Assembly: GCA_000146045.2 (NCBI GenBank)
Contig: BK006941.2
Location: 640,001-704,000 of the forward strand
Origin: TPA_inf: Saccharomyces
Lineage: Eukaryota
Direction of reading: 5' to 3'
DNA length: 64,000 bases
Shown here: positions 32,186 through 42,565 of the stretch, piece by piece
Layout: every line of letters begins with the position of its first letter
How positions within the stretch are numbered: the first letter of the stretch is position 1
Notes under the pieces: model-generated
What the model saw: only the letters and a program-made list of their open reading frames with translations
What the model was told of the DNA's origin: nothing
Database searches by the model: none
Position numbers and translations under genes: made by a program

Positions 32186-35100
32186 ATGAATAAGTGGTTA
32201 AACACATTATCTAAGACATTCACTTTTCGGCTTTTGAACTGTCATTATAGGCGATCATTACCACTTTGTCAAAACTTTTCTCTGAAGAAGTCGTTAACTC
32301 ATAATCAAGTCAGGTTCTTTAAAATGAGCGATCTTGATAATTTGCCTCCAGTTGACCCAAAGACTGGTGAGGTCATCATTAATCCGTTAAAGGAAGATGG
32401 CTCTCCAAAGACTCCTAAGGAAATTGAAAAAGAGAAGAAAAAGGCTGAAAAACTGTTAAAGTTCGCTGCCAAACAAGCTAAAAAAAATGCTGCTGCCACC
32501 ACAGGTGCATCTCAAAAGAAACCTAAGAAAAAGAAGGAAGTTGAGCCAATCCCTGAATTTATTGACAAAACTGTTCCAGGTGAGAAAAAAATCTTAGTAT
32601 CCTTGGATGATCCGGCTTTAAAAGCTTATAACCCTGCTAACGTTGAAAGTTCTTGGTATGACTGGTGGATCAAGACTGGTGTTTTTGAACCTGAGTTTAC
32701 CGCTGATGGTAAGGTTAAACCAGAAGGTGTATTTTGCATTCCAGCACCTCCACCAAACGTCACTGGTGCCTTACATATTGGTCATGCTTTGACTATTGCT
32801 ATCCAAGATTCTTTGATCAGATATAACAGAATGAAAGGTAAAACTGTCTTATTCTTGCCAGGTTTCGACCATGCTGGTATTGCTACTCAGTCCGTTGTGG
32901 AGAAGCAAATCTGGGCTAAGGACAGAAAGACTAGACATGACTATGGAAGAGAAGCTTTTGTTGGTAAGGTCTGGGAATGGAAAGAGGAATACCATAGCAG
33001 AATTAAGAACCAAATTCAAAAATTGGGGGCTTCTTATGATTGGAGCCGCGAAGCTTTCACTTTGAGTCCAGAATTGACCAAGTCTGTTGAAGAAGCTTTT
33101 GTTAGACTACATGATGAAGGTGTTATTTATCGTGCGTCCAGATTAGTTAATTGGTCTGTTAAATTGAATACCGCTATCTCTAATTTGGAAGTCGAAAATA
33201 AGGACGTTAAAAGTAGAACGCTTTTATCAGTCCCAGGCTATGATGAAAAGGTTGAATTTGGTGTTTTAACATCATTTGCTTATCCAGTTATCGGTAGCGA
33301 TGAAAAACTGATCATTGCTACAACTAGACCTGAAACTATATTTGGTGATACTGCCGTTGCAGTTCATCCTGATGATGACCGTTACAAACACTTGCATGGT
33401 AAGTTCATCCAACATCCTTTCTTACCAAGAAAAATTCCAATTATCACCGACAAGGAAGCTGTTGACATGGAATTCGGTACTGGTGCCGTTAAGATCACTC
33501 CAGCCCATGACCAAAACGATTACAATACCGGTAAGCGTCACAATTTGGAATTCATCAATATTTTGACTGACGATGGTTTATTAAACGAGGAGTGTGGTCC
33601 AGAGTGGCAAGGCATGAAGAGGTTTGATGCCAGAAAGAAGGTCATTGAGCAGCTGAAGGAAAAGAACCTATACGTTGGCCAAGAAGATAATGAAATGACC
33701 ATTCCAACTTGTTCCAGATCTGGTGACATTATTGAACCTTTATTGAAACCTCAATGGTGGGTTTCTCAAAGTGAAATGGCCAAAGATGCTATTAAGGTTG
33801 TTAGGGATGGTCAAATTACCATCACCCCCAAATCTTCTGAGGCTGAATATTTCCATTGGTTGGGTAACATCCAAGATTGGTGTATTTCCAGACAATTATG
33901 GTGGGGTCATCGTTGTCCAGTTTACTTTATTAATATCGAAGGCGAAGAACACGATAGAATTGATGGTGACTATTGGGTTGCTGGTAGGAGCATGGAGGAA
34001 GCTGAAAAGAAGGCTGCTGCCAAATACCCTAATTCCAAATTTACTCTGGAACAAGATGAAGATGTTTTAGACACCTGGTTCTCGTCCGGTTTGTGGCCTT
34101 TCTCCACTTTGGGTTGGCCAGAGAAGACTAAAGACATGGAAACTTTTTACCCCTTTTCTATGTTGGAAACTGGTTGGGATATTCTTTTCTTCTGGGTTAC
34201 TAGAATGATTCTATTGGGCTTAAAATTGACCGGTTCAGTTCCATTCAAGGAAGTTTTCTGCCACTCTTTAGTCCGTGACGCTCAAGGTCGTAAGATGTCT
34301 AAATCTTTAGGTAATGTTATTGACCCACTAGACGTTATTACTGGTATTAAGTTGGATGATTTGCATGCAAAATTATTACAAGGTAACTTAGATCCAAGAG
34401 AAGTTGAAAAAGCTAAGATCGGTCAAAAGGAATCCTACCCTAACGGTATTCCTCAATGTGGTACCGATGCTATGAGGTTTGCATTATGTGCTTATACCAC
34501 TGGTGGTCGTGATATTAACTTAGATATCTTACGTGTCGAAGGTTACAGAAAGTTCTGTAACAAAATCTACCAAGCTACCAAGTTTGCATTGATGAGACTC
34601 GGTGACGATTATCAACCACCTGCCACTGAAGGTCTATCAGGTAACGAATCCTTGGTTGAAAAATGGATCTTGCACAAGCTGACTGAAACCTCGAAAATTG
34701 TCAATGAAGCTCTAGATAAACGTGACTTCTTGACGTCCACTAGCAGTATTTACGAATTCTGGTATTTGATTTGTGATGTTTACATCGAGAACTCTAAATA
34801 CTTGATTCAAGAAGGCTCTGCTATTGAAAAGAAGTCCGCAAAGGATACATTGTATATCTTGCTGGACAACGCTTTGAAATTAATCCATCCATTCATGCCA
34901 TTCATTTCTGAAGAAATGTGGCAAAGACTTCCAAAGCGTTCCACTGAGAAGGCTGCCTCAATTGTAAAAGCTTCTTATCCAGTTTACGTATCTGAGTACG
35001 ATGATGTCAAATCGGCCAATGCTTACGACTTGGTCTTGAACATTACCAAAGAAGCTCGTTCCTTGTTATCTGAGTACAATATTTTGAAGAATGGTAAGGT

Positions 35101-35500
35101 TTTCGTTGAATCTAACCACGAGGAATACTTCAAAACTGCTGAAGATCAGAAAGATTCTATTGTCTCGTTGATCAAGGCCATCGACGAAGTCACTGTTGTT
35201 CGTGATGCTTCCGAAATTCCAGAAGGTTGCGTATTGCAATCTGTTAACCCAGAAGTCAATGTACATCTTCTCGTCAAGGGACACGTTGATATTGATGCTG
35301 AAATTGCGAAAGTTCAAAAGAAACTTGAAAAGGCTAAAAAATCCAAGAACGGTATTGAACAAACCATTAACAGTAAGGATTACGAAACAAAGGCTAATAC
35401 ACAGGCCAAGGAAGCCAATAAAAGCAAGCTGGATAACACTGTTGCCGAAATCGAAGGTTTGGAAGCTACTATTGAAAACTTGAAGCGTTTGAAATTGTAG
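32186..35500 (+). CDS. VAS1: Valyl-tRNA synthetase, 1104 aa from the first ATG, with a second in-frame ATG at 32324
   Basis: The track ORF begins at a GTG at 32123; the first ATG is at 32186 (MNKWLNTLSKTFTFRLLNCHYRRSL..., a presequence-like stretch). A second in-frame ATG at 32324 begins MSDLDNLPPVDPKTGE.... Class I motifs are present (PPPNVTGALHIGH and KMSKS at KMSKSLGN). Confidence 0.95.
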   Translation: MNKWLNTLSKTFTFRLLNCHYRRSLPLCQNFSLKKSLTHNQVRFFKMSDLDNLPPVDPKTGEVIINPLKEDGSPKTPKEIEKEKKKAEKLLKFAAKQAKKNAAATTGASQKKPKKKKEVEPIPEFIDKTVPGEKKILVSLDDPALKAYNPANVESSWYDWWIKTGVFEPEFTADGKVKPEGVFCIPAPPPNVTGALHIGHALTIAIQDSLIRYNRMKGKTVLFLPGFDHAGIATQSVVEKQIWAKDRKTRHDYGREAFVGKVWEWKEEYHSRIKNQIQKLGASYDWSREAFTLSPELTKSVEEAFVRLHDEGVIYRASRLVNWSVKLNTAISNLEVENKDVKSRTLLSVPGYDEKVEFGVLTSFAYPVIGSDEKLIIATTRPETIFGDTAVAVHPDDDRYKHLHGKFIQHPFLPRKIPIITDKEAVDMEFGTGAVKITPAHDQNDYNTGKRHNLEFINILTDDGLLNEECGPEWQGMKRFDARKKVIEQLKEKNLYVGQEDNEMTIPTCSRSGDIIEPLLKPQWWVSQSEMAKDAIKVVRDGQITITPKSSEAEYFHWLGNIQDWCISRQLWWGHRCPVYFINIEGEEHDRIDGDYWVAGRSMEEAEKKAAAKYPNSKFTLEQDEDVLDTWFSSGLWPFSTLGWPEKTKDMETFYPFSMLETGWDILFFWVTRMILLGLKLTGSVPFKEVFCHSLVRDAQGRKMSKSLGNVIDPLDVITGIKLDDLHAKLLQGNLDPREVEKAKIGQKESYPNGIPQCGTDAMRFALCAYTTGGRDINLDILRVEGYRKFCNKIYQATKFALMRLGDDYQPPATEGLSGNESLVEKWILHKLTETSKIVNEALDKRDFLTSTSSIYEFWYLICDVYIENSKYLIQEGSAIEKKSAKDTLYILLDNALKLIHPFMPFISEEMWQRLPKRSTEKAASIVKASYPVYVSEYDDVKSANAYDLVLNITKEARSLLSEYNILKNGKVFVESNHEEYFKTAEDQKDSIVSLIKAIDEVTVVRDASEIPEGCVLQSVNPEVNVHLLVKGHVDIDAEIAKVQKKLEKAKKSKNGIEQTINSKDYETKANTQAKEANKSKLDNTVAEIEGLEATIENLKRLKL

Positions 35501-35670
35501 ATTGAAGGTAGATAAAAATTAATGTAATATATATATATATATATGCTATGTATATGTAACAACGAAAATGTTAAGAATTTTAGAACATTGAATAATAACT
35601 ATTTCCAAATATAAGAGGTAGTCTCCGGCATACGACATAGCATGTTGTGGTATATTATAATCTATAATGG

Positions 35671-36342
35671 CTATACAACTAGACGAGGTGATATATTGTC
35701 CTGTATTATTCTTCTTATATTTGTGACAAGTTCTTGACACTTTTGCTCACCCAGCTCCAGTAAACTGAACAATTGATCTTCATTAAAATCACCATTGCTG
35801 TCTAACAATAAAACGTTTTTCACGACTTTACCGCCATTGACGAACTCCAGAGCTAAAGTGTGGACAGAGAGCGAAATCTTCAATTGCTCGGCAGTGGGAT
35901 CGACAATGATATCACTAGTGTCTTTGATTATTGCAATAGGGATGCTTGCGCACATACTATTTAAGGCAATTCCTGCATCAACTAAAGCCAAAAATGCCGC
36001 ATTTATACAACAACTTAGCTCTCTCAGGGAGAATTCGGCTTCATCTTCACCAGATTCCAGAATTTGACAAGTTATCTGGCAGAGCTGTCTTGGGTAACAA
36101 TGACGAGTGATGAGTGGGGTCAGAACTGCCCGTAATTTATCTTCGAGTACCTTCTCTCTTGTTGTGGCCACCCCTTTCGCGGGACGTACAATAATTTCTA
36201 ATGCTAATTGTGTAGGCAGTTCTTGTCTTGCTTTTGGTTCAATAGGGCCTGTTACAGAACAAATAACCTTGGTGTCTTGTGATACGAATTCAGATGAACC
36301 ATCTACATGATCTAATATCCCTATTTCTGCTTGGACGCTCAT
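35671..36342 (-). CDS. RRP46: Rrp46 exosome subunit (RNase PH-like), 223 aa
   Basis: The track ORF extends further upstream to the CAT at 36439-36441 (256 aa). The CAT at 36340-36342 gives MSVQAEIGILDHVDGSSEF... and 223 aa, the length I recall for Rrp46, so this downstream start is chosen. It is at the YGR095C position. Confidence 0.8.
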   Translation of the reverse strand: MSVQAEIGILDHVDGSSEFVSQDTKVICSVTGPIEPKARQELPTQLALEIIVRPAKGVATTREKVLEDKLRAVLTPLITRHCYPRQLCQITCQILESGEDEAEFSLRELSCCINAAFLALVDAGIALNSMCASIPIAIIKDTSDIIVDPTAEQLKISLSVHTLALEFVNGGKVVKNVLLLDSNGDFNEDQLFSLLELGEQKCQELVTNIRRIIQDNISPRLVV

Positions 36343-36620
36343 TTTTTTTTTTTTTTCAGCAGAATCTAATCTATTCTTGGTATTGGGCTCCTTGTTATTA
36401 CCATATATGCAGAGATATTTTATGCATCTTAACTGGTTCATCTAACAAATTTTCCACTCTTTTTTCCACAATCCGATGCGCTTAAAAGGAAAAAAAAAGT
36501 AGTAAAAAGAAAAAGAGAGGTACATAATAGTCTTTATGAAGAAAAGGCGCTATTTTGTCACCTTTAACTTGGCATAGTCTGGAGCTTTATATAAACCATT
36601 CAAAGTACATAAATGTTGAT

Positions 36621-37565
36621 ATGTTCAAAGAGGAGGACTCGTTAAGAAAAGGGCAAAATGTGGCCGCGTGGAAAACTTTGTTGGCTGGCGCCGTATCCGG
36701 GCTGCTTGCCCGTAGCATAACTGCTCCCATGGATACCATTAAGATCAGATTGCAATTGACCCCTGCAAATGGGCTGAAGCCCTTCGGAAGTCAGGTCATG
36801 GAGGTGGCCAGAAGCATGATAAAGAACGAAGGCATCCGGTCCTTTTGGAAGGGTAACATACCCGGTTCTTTGCTGTACGTTACCTATGGCTCAGCGCAGT
36901 TTAGTTCATACTCCCTTTTTAATAGATATTTAACTCCATTTGGACTAGAGGCGCGCTTACATAGTCTTGTTGTCGGAGCCTTTGCTGGCATAACCAGTTC
37001 CATCGTTTCCTACCCGTTCGATGTTTTACGGACCCGACTAGTTGCCAACAACCAGATGCACTCAATGAGCATCACGAGAGAAGTGCGTGATATCTGGAAA
37101 CTAGAAGGTCTCCCCGGATTTTTCAAGGGCTCCATCGCGTCAATGACAACCATAACTCTAACCGCATCTATAATGTTCGGAACATACGAAACAATCAGGA
37201 TATACTGTGACGAAAACGAAAAAACGACCGCCGCGCATAAAAAATGGGAACTGGCTACTTTAAATCACAGCGCTGGTACCATTGGCGGCGTCATTGCTAA
37301 GATCATTACTTTCCCCCTCGAAACGATCCGTAGGCGAATGCAGTTCATGAATTCGAAGCATCTGGAAAAGTTCTCCCGTCATTCGTCTGTATACGGTTCT
37401 TATAAAGGGTACGGATTCGCAAGAATCGGTTTACAGATTTTGAAACAAGAAGGTGTGAGTTCGCTTTACAGAGGTATTCTGGTGGCCCTTTCCAAGACAA
37501 TACCCACCACTTTTGTGAGTTTCTGGGGGTATGAAACTGCCATCCATTATTTGCGGATGTACTAA
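36621..37565 (+). CDS. TPC1: Mitochondrial thiamine pyrophosphate carrier, 314 aa
   Basis: The track ORF begins at a TTG at 36555; the ATG at 36621 gives MFKEEDSLRKGQNVAAWKTLLAGAVSG... and 314 aa. Three mitochondrial-carrier repeats are present (PMDTIKIRLQ, PFDVLRTRL, PLETIRRRMQ). Confidence 0.85.
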   Translation: MFKEEDSLRKGQNVAAWKTLLAGAVSGLLARSITAPMDTIKIRLQLTPANGLKPFGSQVMEVARSMIKNEGIRSFWKGNIPGSLLYVTYGSAQFSSYSLFNRYLTPFGLEARLHSLVVGAFAGITSSIVSYPFDVLRTRLVANNQMHSMSITREVRDIWKLEGLPGFFKGSIASMTTITLTASIMFGTYETIRIYCDENEKTTAAHKKWELATLNHSAGTIGGVIAKIITFPLETIRRRMQFMNSKHLEKFSRHSSVYGSYKGYGFARIGLQILKQEGVSSLYRGILVALSKTIPTTFVSFWGYETAIHYLRMY

Positions 37566-38060
37566 AGTTTCCAATCTTTTTTGTCACATGTACACACTCA
37601 TATACATATACGAAATCATCATATCTTATATTCTTCACTGACAAAGATCGGTAGCCGCCCGGTTTTCCATTCCGATTACGGCCTGACTCAGTCGCGCCGT
37701 CTTCCTCTAATAACAAAAAATCGAAAAAAAAAGAGGAATCTCGTTGCTAGCGATCTGACGCCAACCCTTTTTCCGGTTTTTCTTAGTTGCCTGCTGCCCC
37801 GCACCGGTTTTTCTTCTTTTTTTTATCTTTTTTTCCGCTCAGTCAGCGGGGAAGGGAGAGAAGGAAACAATGAATCGGATCTTCCGATGGAACCAGCGTC
37901 AGGGACCACTACATCTGCTTGTTGTTTCAACACAACTTACATCTGCGCAAGCACACGGACTAGGAGTAACAAGAAGTAGTAAAATTGAAGAAAGCAAGGA
38001 CTGCTGCAATCTCTGCACCCTTGTGGTAGCCACCCTTCTTAGATGTGGCATACTTACACT

Positions 38061-38088
38061 TTTTTTTTTCTTTTTTTTTTTTTTTTTT
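38061..38088. repeat. 28-nt poly(dT) tract with one C at 38070
   Basis: The tract was read directly from the sequence. It lies in the 1.1 kb region 5' of ASK10, about 600 bp upstream of the ATG. Confidence 0.95.
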
Positions 38089-38694
38089 CGCCTTTTCTCA
38101 TTTCTTGGCTCCTTAATAGCCAAGAAATGAGAAACGTGGGAGATGTTCAACCTCGCCTGATCCTACCAAAAAAAAAAATCGCAAAAATAAGCGGGAAAAA
38201 ATGTCAGATTCTAAGTTTCAAACCTCCGGAGATGATTCATCATCACCATCACCGCCGATTTGTTGGATTGCGTGTTTACGATCCATCATTTTTCTTGTAA
38301 GCGTTTAGCTTTCTGTCATCTCTTTATCTTTTTTCCTATTTTTTTTTTTCACTAGTTTTTGCACTGAATAACACCTCCCCTTACTCATAAATGTGCTAGC
38401 TGAATCCATATTTCCTAGTCTTGCATTCCCTTTCCCTTCAAACAGCGCTGCCCTTCTTCATCTTCATTGTCGAAAATAACCATTCTTCTCCTATCTTGAA
38501 ATCTAAAAATAACGCTACTACAGAAAGCTTTTTTCACAGGAACTAGGGCGAAGCGTACAAGAATAAGGAAAGACAGCGTAGTTACAAACTAAACTATCTA
38601 TACTATAACGACCGAAAATTTCTGTTTTTTAACACCTCTTCTACCAAACACAACGAGAGTGCATTAGAAATAGGACAAAACTGGGCTCAAACTA

Positions 38695-41600
38695 ATGTCT
38701 GATTACTTTAGTTCCAGACCTTCGCAAACGCTCACGCCGATGGGCAATAAGCCATCTGGCGGTGGTGGCGGCGATGACGCCTCCTCCATCCACTCGAAGA
38801 GCTCGCAGTACTTGATGGACATCTTACCTGATTCGATGACCTTGAACGAAAGTGTTTCCTCCATAGTGGCAAACAATCAGGCAAAGGAGTTTATTTTGCC
38901 TGAAACAGATGAGAGATCTCCCTACTTCATAAACGTCCCTATACCAAAGGCTCAGCCAACCTCTACTACGGAAACGAAGAAGCCCCTTGCAGGTGATGAA
39001 GCTATCGATGGGCAGTTTGTTAAGGAGTATCCCACCGACATCCTTGTAGACAGGTTTTATAAATGGAAAAAAATTCTGAAAGGGTTAGTGATTTACTTGA
39101 GGGAAGTCGCGTATGCGCAAGAACAGTTCGCACGGATCAATTACCAACTGAAAGGATCTGTGAAATTTCCATTTTTGACTGATATTGATGAAACCACAAA
39201 TACCATTACGGATCCATTCACAACGGCTCCTAGAGGCCCTAAGAAAGCGCAGCCTGCGCAGAAGAAAGTTGGCCTGACTGACAGCGAACAATTTCAGATG
39301 CAAATGCAACAGGAACAGCAGGAAAATGCAGTGCAGGCTCCCACAGATGAAAGTAAAATGAGTTTGGCGCCTCATGAATACAAGCCTGTCCAGACCACAG
39401 AGTCGGACAATACATCTGCCGCATCCGGTTTTGTTAAGTTCGGTTCAGGCTCGATTCAAGACATCCAGGTCATTTTGAAGAAGTACCATCTTTCGTTGGC
39501 TAACCAGCAATTTAAGATCTCTAAAGAGATTACGTCCACCGTCATTCCTAAATTGGAGGAATTGAGAAAAGATTTAAGATATAAAATTACGGAAATTAAG
39601 GACCTTCATGGTGATTTCAAAACAAACATCGGAGCACATATTCAGCTAACAAGTCAACTATTGAAAAAATACATCGCAGCTGTAAAATTCATGAACGCGC
39701 ATGGTATTGGCAACGATAGAGCATCTCCTACTAATAAGAAGCCACATAAATTGGATCCAAAACATGATCCATATCTTTTGAAACTGCAACTAGACTTACA
39801 ACTCAAACGTCAAGTTGCCGAAGAAACTTACTTGCAAGAAGCGTTCATCAATTTACAGAGTTCAGGTTTGCAATTAGAAAAAATTATATACACCAAAATC
39901 CAGCATGCTTTGTTGCGTTATTCTGCTTTAATTGACTCCGAAGCTCGTCTAATGATCAAAAATATGTGCCAAGAACTACAACATGGTATAATATCAAAGC
40001 CTCCTGCATTTGAATGGGATAATTTTGTCACACAGCATCCGTCCTGTCTACTCAATTGGAAATCCAACGATCCTATACCACCACCAAGAAAAGTTTCCGA
40101 CGTTATTTATCCCCACATGAAATCCCCACTGGCCAAGTGTATTAAGGCAGGTTATTTTTTGAAGAAATCGGAATTGTTGCCCACTTACCACCAAGGATAT
40201 TTTGTTCTAACATCAAACTATATTCATGAATTCCAGAGTAGCGATTTTTATAACCTATCTTCTTCTACCCCTAACTCCACGAAGTCTTCAGCTTATTCTT
40301 CTTCCGTTTCCATTGCAGACACTTATGCCAATGCTAATAATGCCAAAGCTAACAATCATCATCGCCAGGCTAGTGATGTACATAACAGCAGTACGACAAC
40401 TGGTGGTACAGCTGGTGCAAATGGTATTCGCGGTATTCGCAAAAAGAGCTATTTGGCACCGATTATGAGTATTCCGCTAAATGATTGTACCTTAAAGGAT
40501 GCATCTTCCACCAAATTTGTTCTTGTAGGTAAACCCACTCTTAATGAAAACGCTGATGTTAGAAAATCTAGCTCTAGCACTTATTTATCTGGCTCTTCAC
40601 AAGCGTCTTTACCAAAATATGGCCACGAGACTGCAAAAATATTTTCAAAAGCCCCATTCCACAAGTTTTTGAAGGGAAGTAAGCCCAAAAATAAGAATAC
40701 GAAATCAAGTGAACTGGACCAATTTTACGCTGCAGCTCAAAAGGAATCGAACAATTATGTGACTTGGACCTTTAAAATAGTATCTCCAGAGCCTTCTGAA
40801 GAGGAATTGAAACATTTTAAACGTTGGGTCCAAGATTTGAAAAATTTAACGAGCTTCAATGACACTAAAGATAGAATTAAGTTTATCGAAGACCGTGTGA
40901 TGAAATCACACCGATTCAAGGCGGGACATATGTCAAGAAACAGCGTGAACATAGGTTCCCATACACCTTGTTTAACAGATAGCACATTCACATTACAAGA
41001 CGGTACTACGACGTCCGTCAACCTAAAGGGCAGGGCGGAGAAACCTCAGTATATTCATATTCAGAACAATTCACTAGCAGATTTTGATGGAAATGGTTTT
41101 AGATCCAAGGTTAATACACCTGCTATTGACGATTATGGCAATTTGATTACGGTGGAAAGAAGACCTGCACAATCTCCGCACCAATACTCTGACTACATGG
41201 CCACTTCAGGTAACACAACTCCTTCTTATTCATCGGGCTCAAGACCTCAAAGCATGTATAATGGGTATAACCCGGCTGTATCAATAACGAGTAATGGGAT
41301 GATGCTCCAACAATCAACAGCAAATAATAATACTAATCCAACAACTAATTTGCGCCACCAAAGAAATATTTCACAAACAAGTTCCCTACCTGGATTTTCA
41401 TACACATCCCTATCCCTACCAGTGAATTCTCCAGGTAGCTCTAATTCAGAATCCAGCTCAGGCGGTTATTTTGCCATTCCGCTTCATGGGAACAACAACA
41501 ATAATAATTACACCCAGAGAAACTCTGAAGGCTCTAGCCCATGTTATAATGACGACCAAATACGACAACAACAGCAACCTTTACAAATGCAACCTTTATC

Positions 41601-42135
41601 AAGAACTTCAAGTTCAAGTGTTAATGTCACAGCGATGAGAAGTACATCTGCAGGTAATTCAATTACAGCGAACGCTCCCGTTGTACCTAAGGTGATGGTC
41701 AATAACCAAAATGTTAAAACTGTTGCTGCCGATCAGTCTGCTACAGCACCTTCTTCACCTACCATGAATTCGTCCGTCACAACGATCAACCGCGAATCAC
41801 CATACCAAACCTTAAAGAAAACGAACAGCACAGGCAATGTTCCTTGTTTGACTGCTGAAAAGACTCATGCGCACCCTGCTTTCTATAAACGGGGCAATAA
41901 TAGCGCCCAAAATTTGACTACCTCTAGTTCAACAGCTTCTAGGGTGCATCCTATCCGAAAGCACAAGAAAAACGTATCATTTAGTTCTTTGAATAGTTTA
42001 ATGTTTTCAAAAAAGGGTGCAAATCACGGTGGTAATCTAATGACTAACCAATTTATGAGTGGTGGAATTCAAGAAGATGATGGTGATTCAACTAATAATG
42101 ATACTATAAAGCTAAACCAGTCGATTTATTCTTAA
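38695..42135 (+). CDS. ASK10: Ask10/Rgc2, regulator of the glycerol channel Fps1, 1146 aa
   Basis: The ATG is at 38695 and the ORF is 1146 aa, at the YGR097W position. The C-terminal half is a long Ser/Asn-rich low-complexity region. Confidence 0.85.
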   Translation: MSDYFSSRPSQTLTPMGNKPSGGGGGDDASSIHSKSSQYLMDILPDSMTLNESVSSIVANNQAKEFILPETDERSPYFINVPIPKAQPTSTTETKKPLAGDEAIDGQFVKEYPTDILVDRFYKWKKILKGLVIYLREVAYAQEQFARINYQLKGSVKFPFLTDIDETTNTITDPFTTAPRGPKKAQPAQKKVGLTDSEQFQMQMQQEQQENAVQAPTDESKMSLAPHEYKPVQTTESDNTSAASGFVKFGSGSIQDIQVILKKYHLSLANQQFKISKEITSTVIPKLEELRKDLRYKITEIKDLHGDFKTNIGAHIQLTSQLLKKYIAAVKFMNAHGIGNDRASPTNKKPHKLDPKHDPYLLKLQLDLQLKRQVAEETYLQEAFINLQSSGLQLEKIIYTKIQHALLRYSALIDSEARLMIKNMCQELQHGIISKPPAFEWDNFVTQHPSCLLNWKSNDPIPPPRKVSDVIYPHMKSPLAKCIKAGYFLKKSELLPTYHQGYFVLTSNYIHEFQSSDFYNLSSSTPNSTKSSAYSSSVSIADTYANANNAKANNHHRQASDVHNSSTTTGGTAGANGIRGIRKKSYLAPIMSIPLNDCTLKDASSTKFVLVGKPTLNENADVRKSSSSTYLSGSSQASLPKYGHETAKIFSKAPFHKFLKGSKPKNKNTKSSELDQFYAAAQKESNNYVTWTFKIVSPEPSEEELKHFKRWVQDLKNLTSFNDTKDRIKFIEDRVMKSHRFKAGHMSRNSVNIGSHTPCLTDSTFTLQDGTTTSVNLKGRAEKPQYIHIQNNSLADFDGNGFRSKVNTPAIDDYGNLITVERRPAQSPHQYSDYMATSGNTTPSYSSGSRPQSMYNGYNPAVSITSNGMMLQQSTANNNTNPTTNLRHQRNISQTSSLPGFSYTSLSLPVNSPGSSNSESSSGGYFAIPLHGNNNNNNYTQRNSEGSSPCYNDDQIRQQQQPLQMQPLSRTSSSSVNVTAMRSTSAGNSITANAPVVPKVMVNNQNVKTVAADQSATAPSSPTMNSSVTTINRESPYQTLKKTNSTGNVPCLTAEKTHAHPAFYKRGNNSAQNLTTSSSTASRVHPIRKHKKNVSFSSLNSLMFSKKGANHGGNLMTNQFMSGGIQEDDGDSTNNDTIKLNQSIYS

Positions 42136-42565
42136 TTGTTACGCCTTAACTTTTGTTCTCTTTTGAGAAACAGCCTGTATGGTTCGCCGTTTATTTTCTA
42201 AGCACCGTTTTTTATTCATATTTTTATAATGCAACTCCTATAGAATATAGATGTTTCGTGTTTTTAATTCCTGCTATGACTTTGTGTCAATGGTATGTGA
42301 ACTAACAACTGTGTGGTAGTTTGGGATGGTACGTAAAGGTGTTCGTGATTATATAAGCAATCTTAAAATATTTGTATCGCACCATGAGGTGCCCAATAAT
42401 GAAATGAAAATTACTATTATGAACTATACTAAAAAGATGAAACTTTTTTATCAATCCCAGGTTCTTTTACTTATTATTTTTGGATATAAGAACAAAATCG
42501 GATTTCCCATGCTTTTTCTCAATGCCTATATGAAATCTTTTCGAAACAGCCAGTACATGTAACAA

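Noticed and set aside
35671-36441. Introns in any protein-coding gene here
   Set aside because: All genes give full-length recognisable proteins as single exons from their first ATG. I saw no GTATGT...TACTAAC...AG arrangement interrupting a frame. The only intron called is the pre-tRNA-Lys intron.
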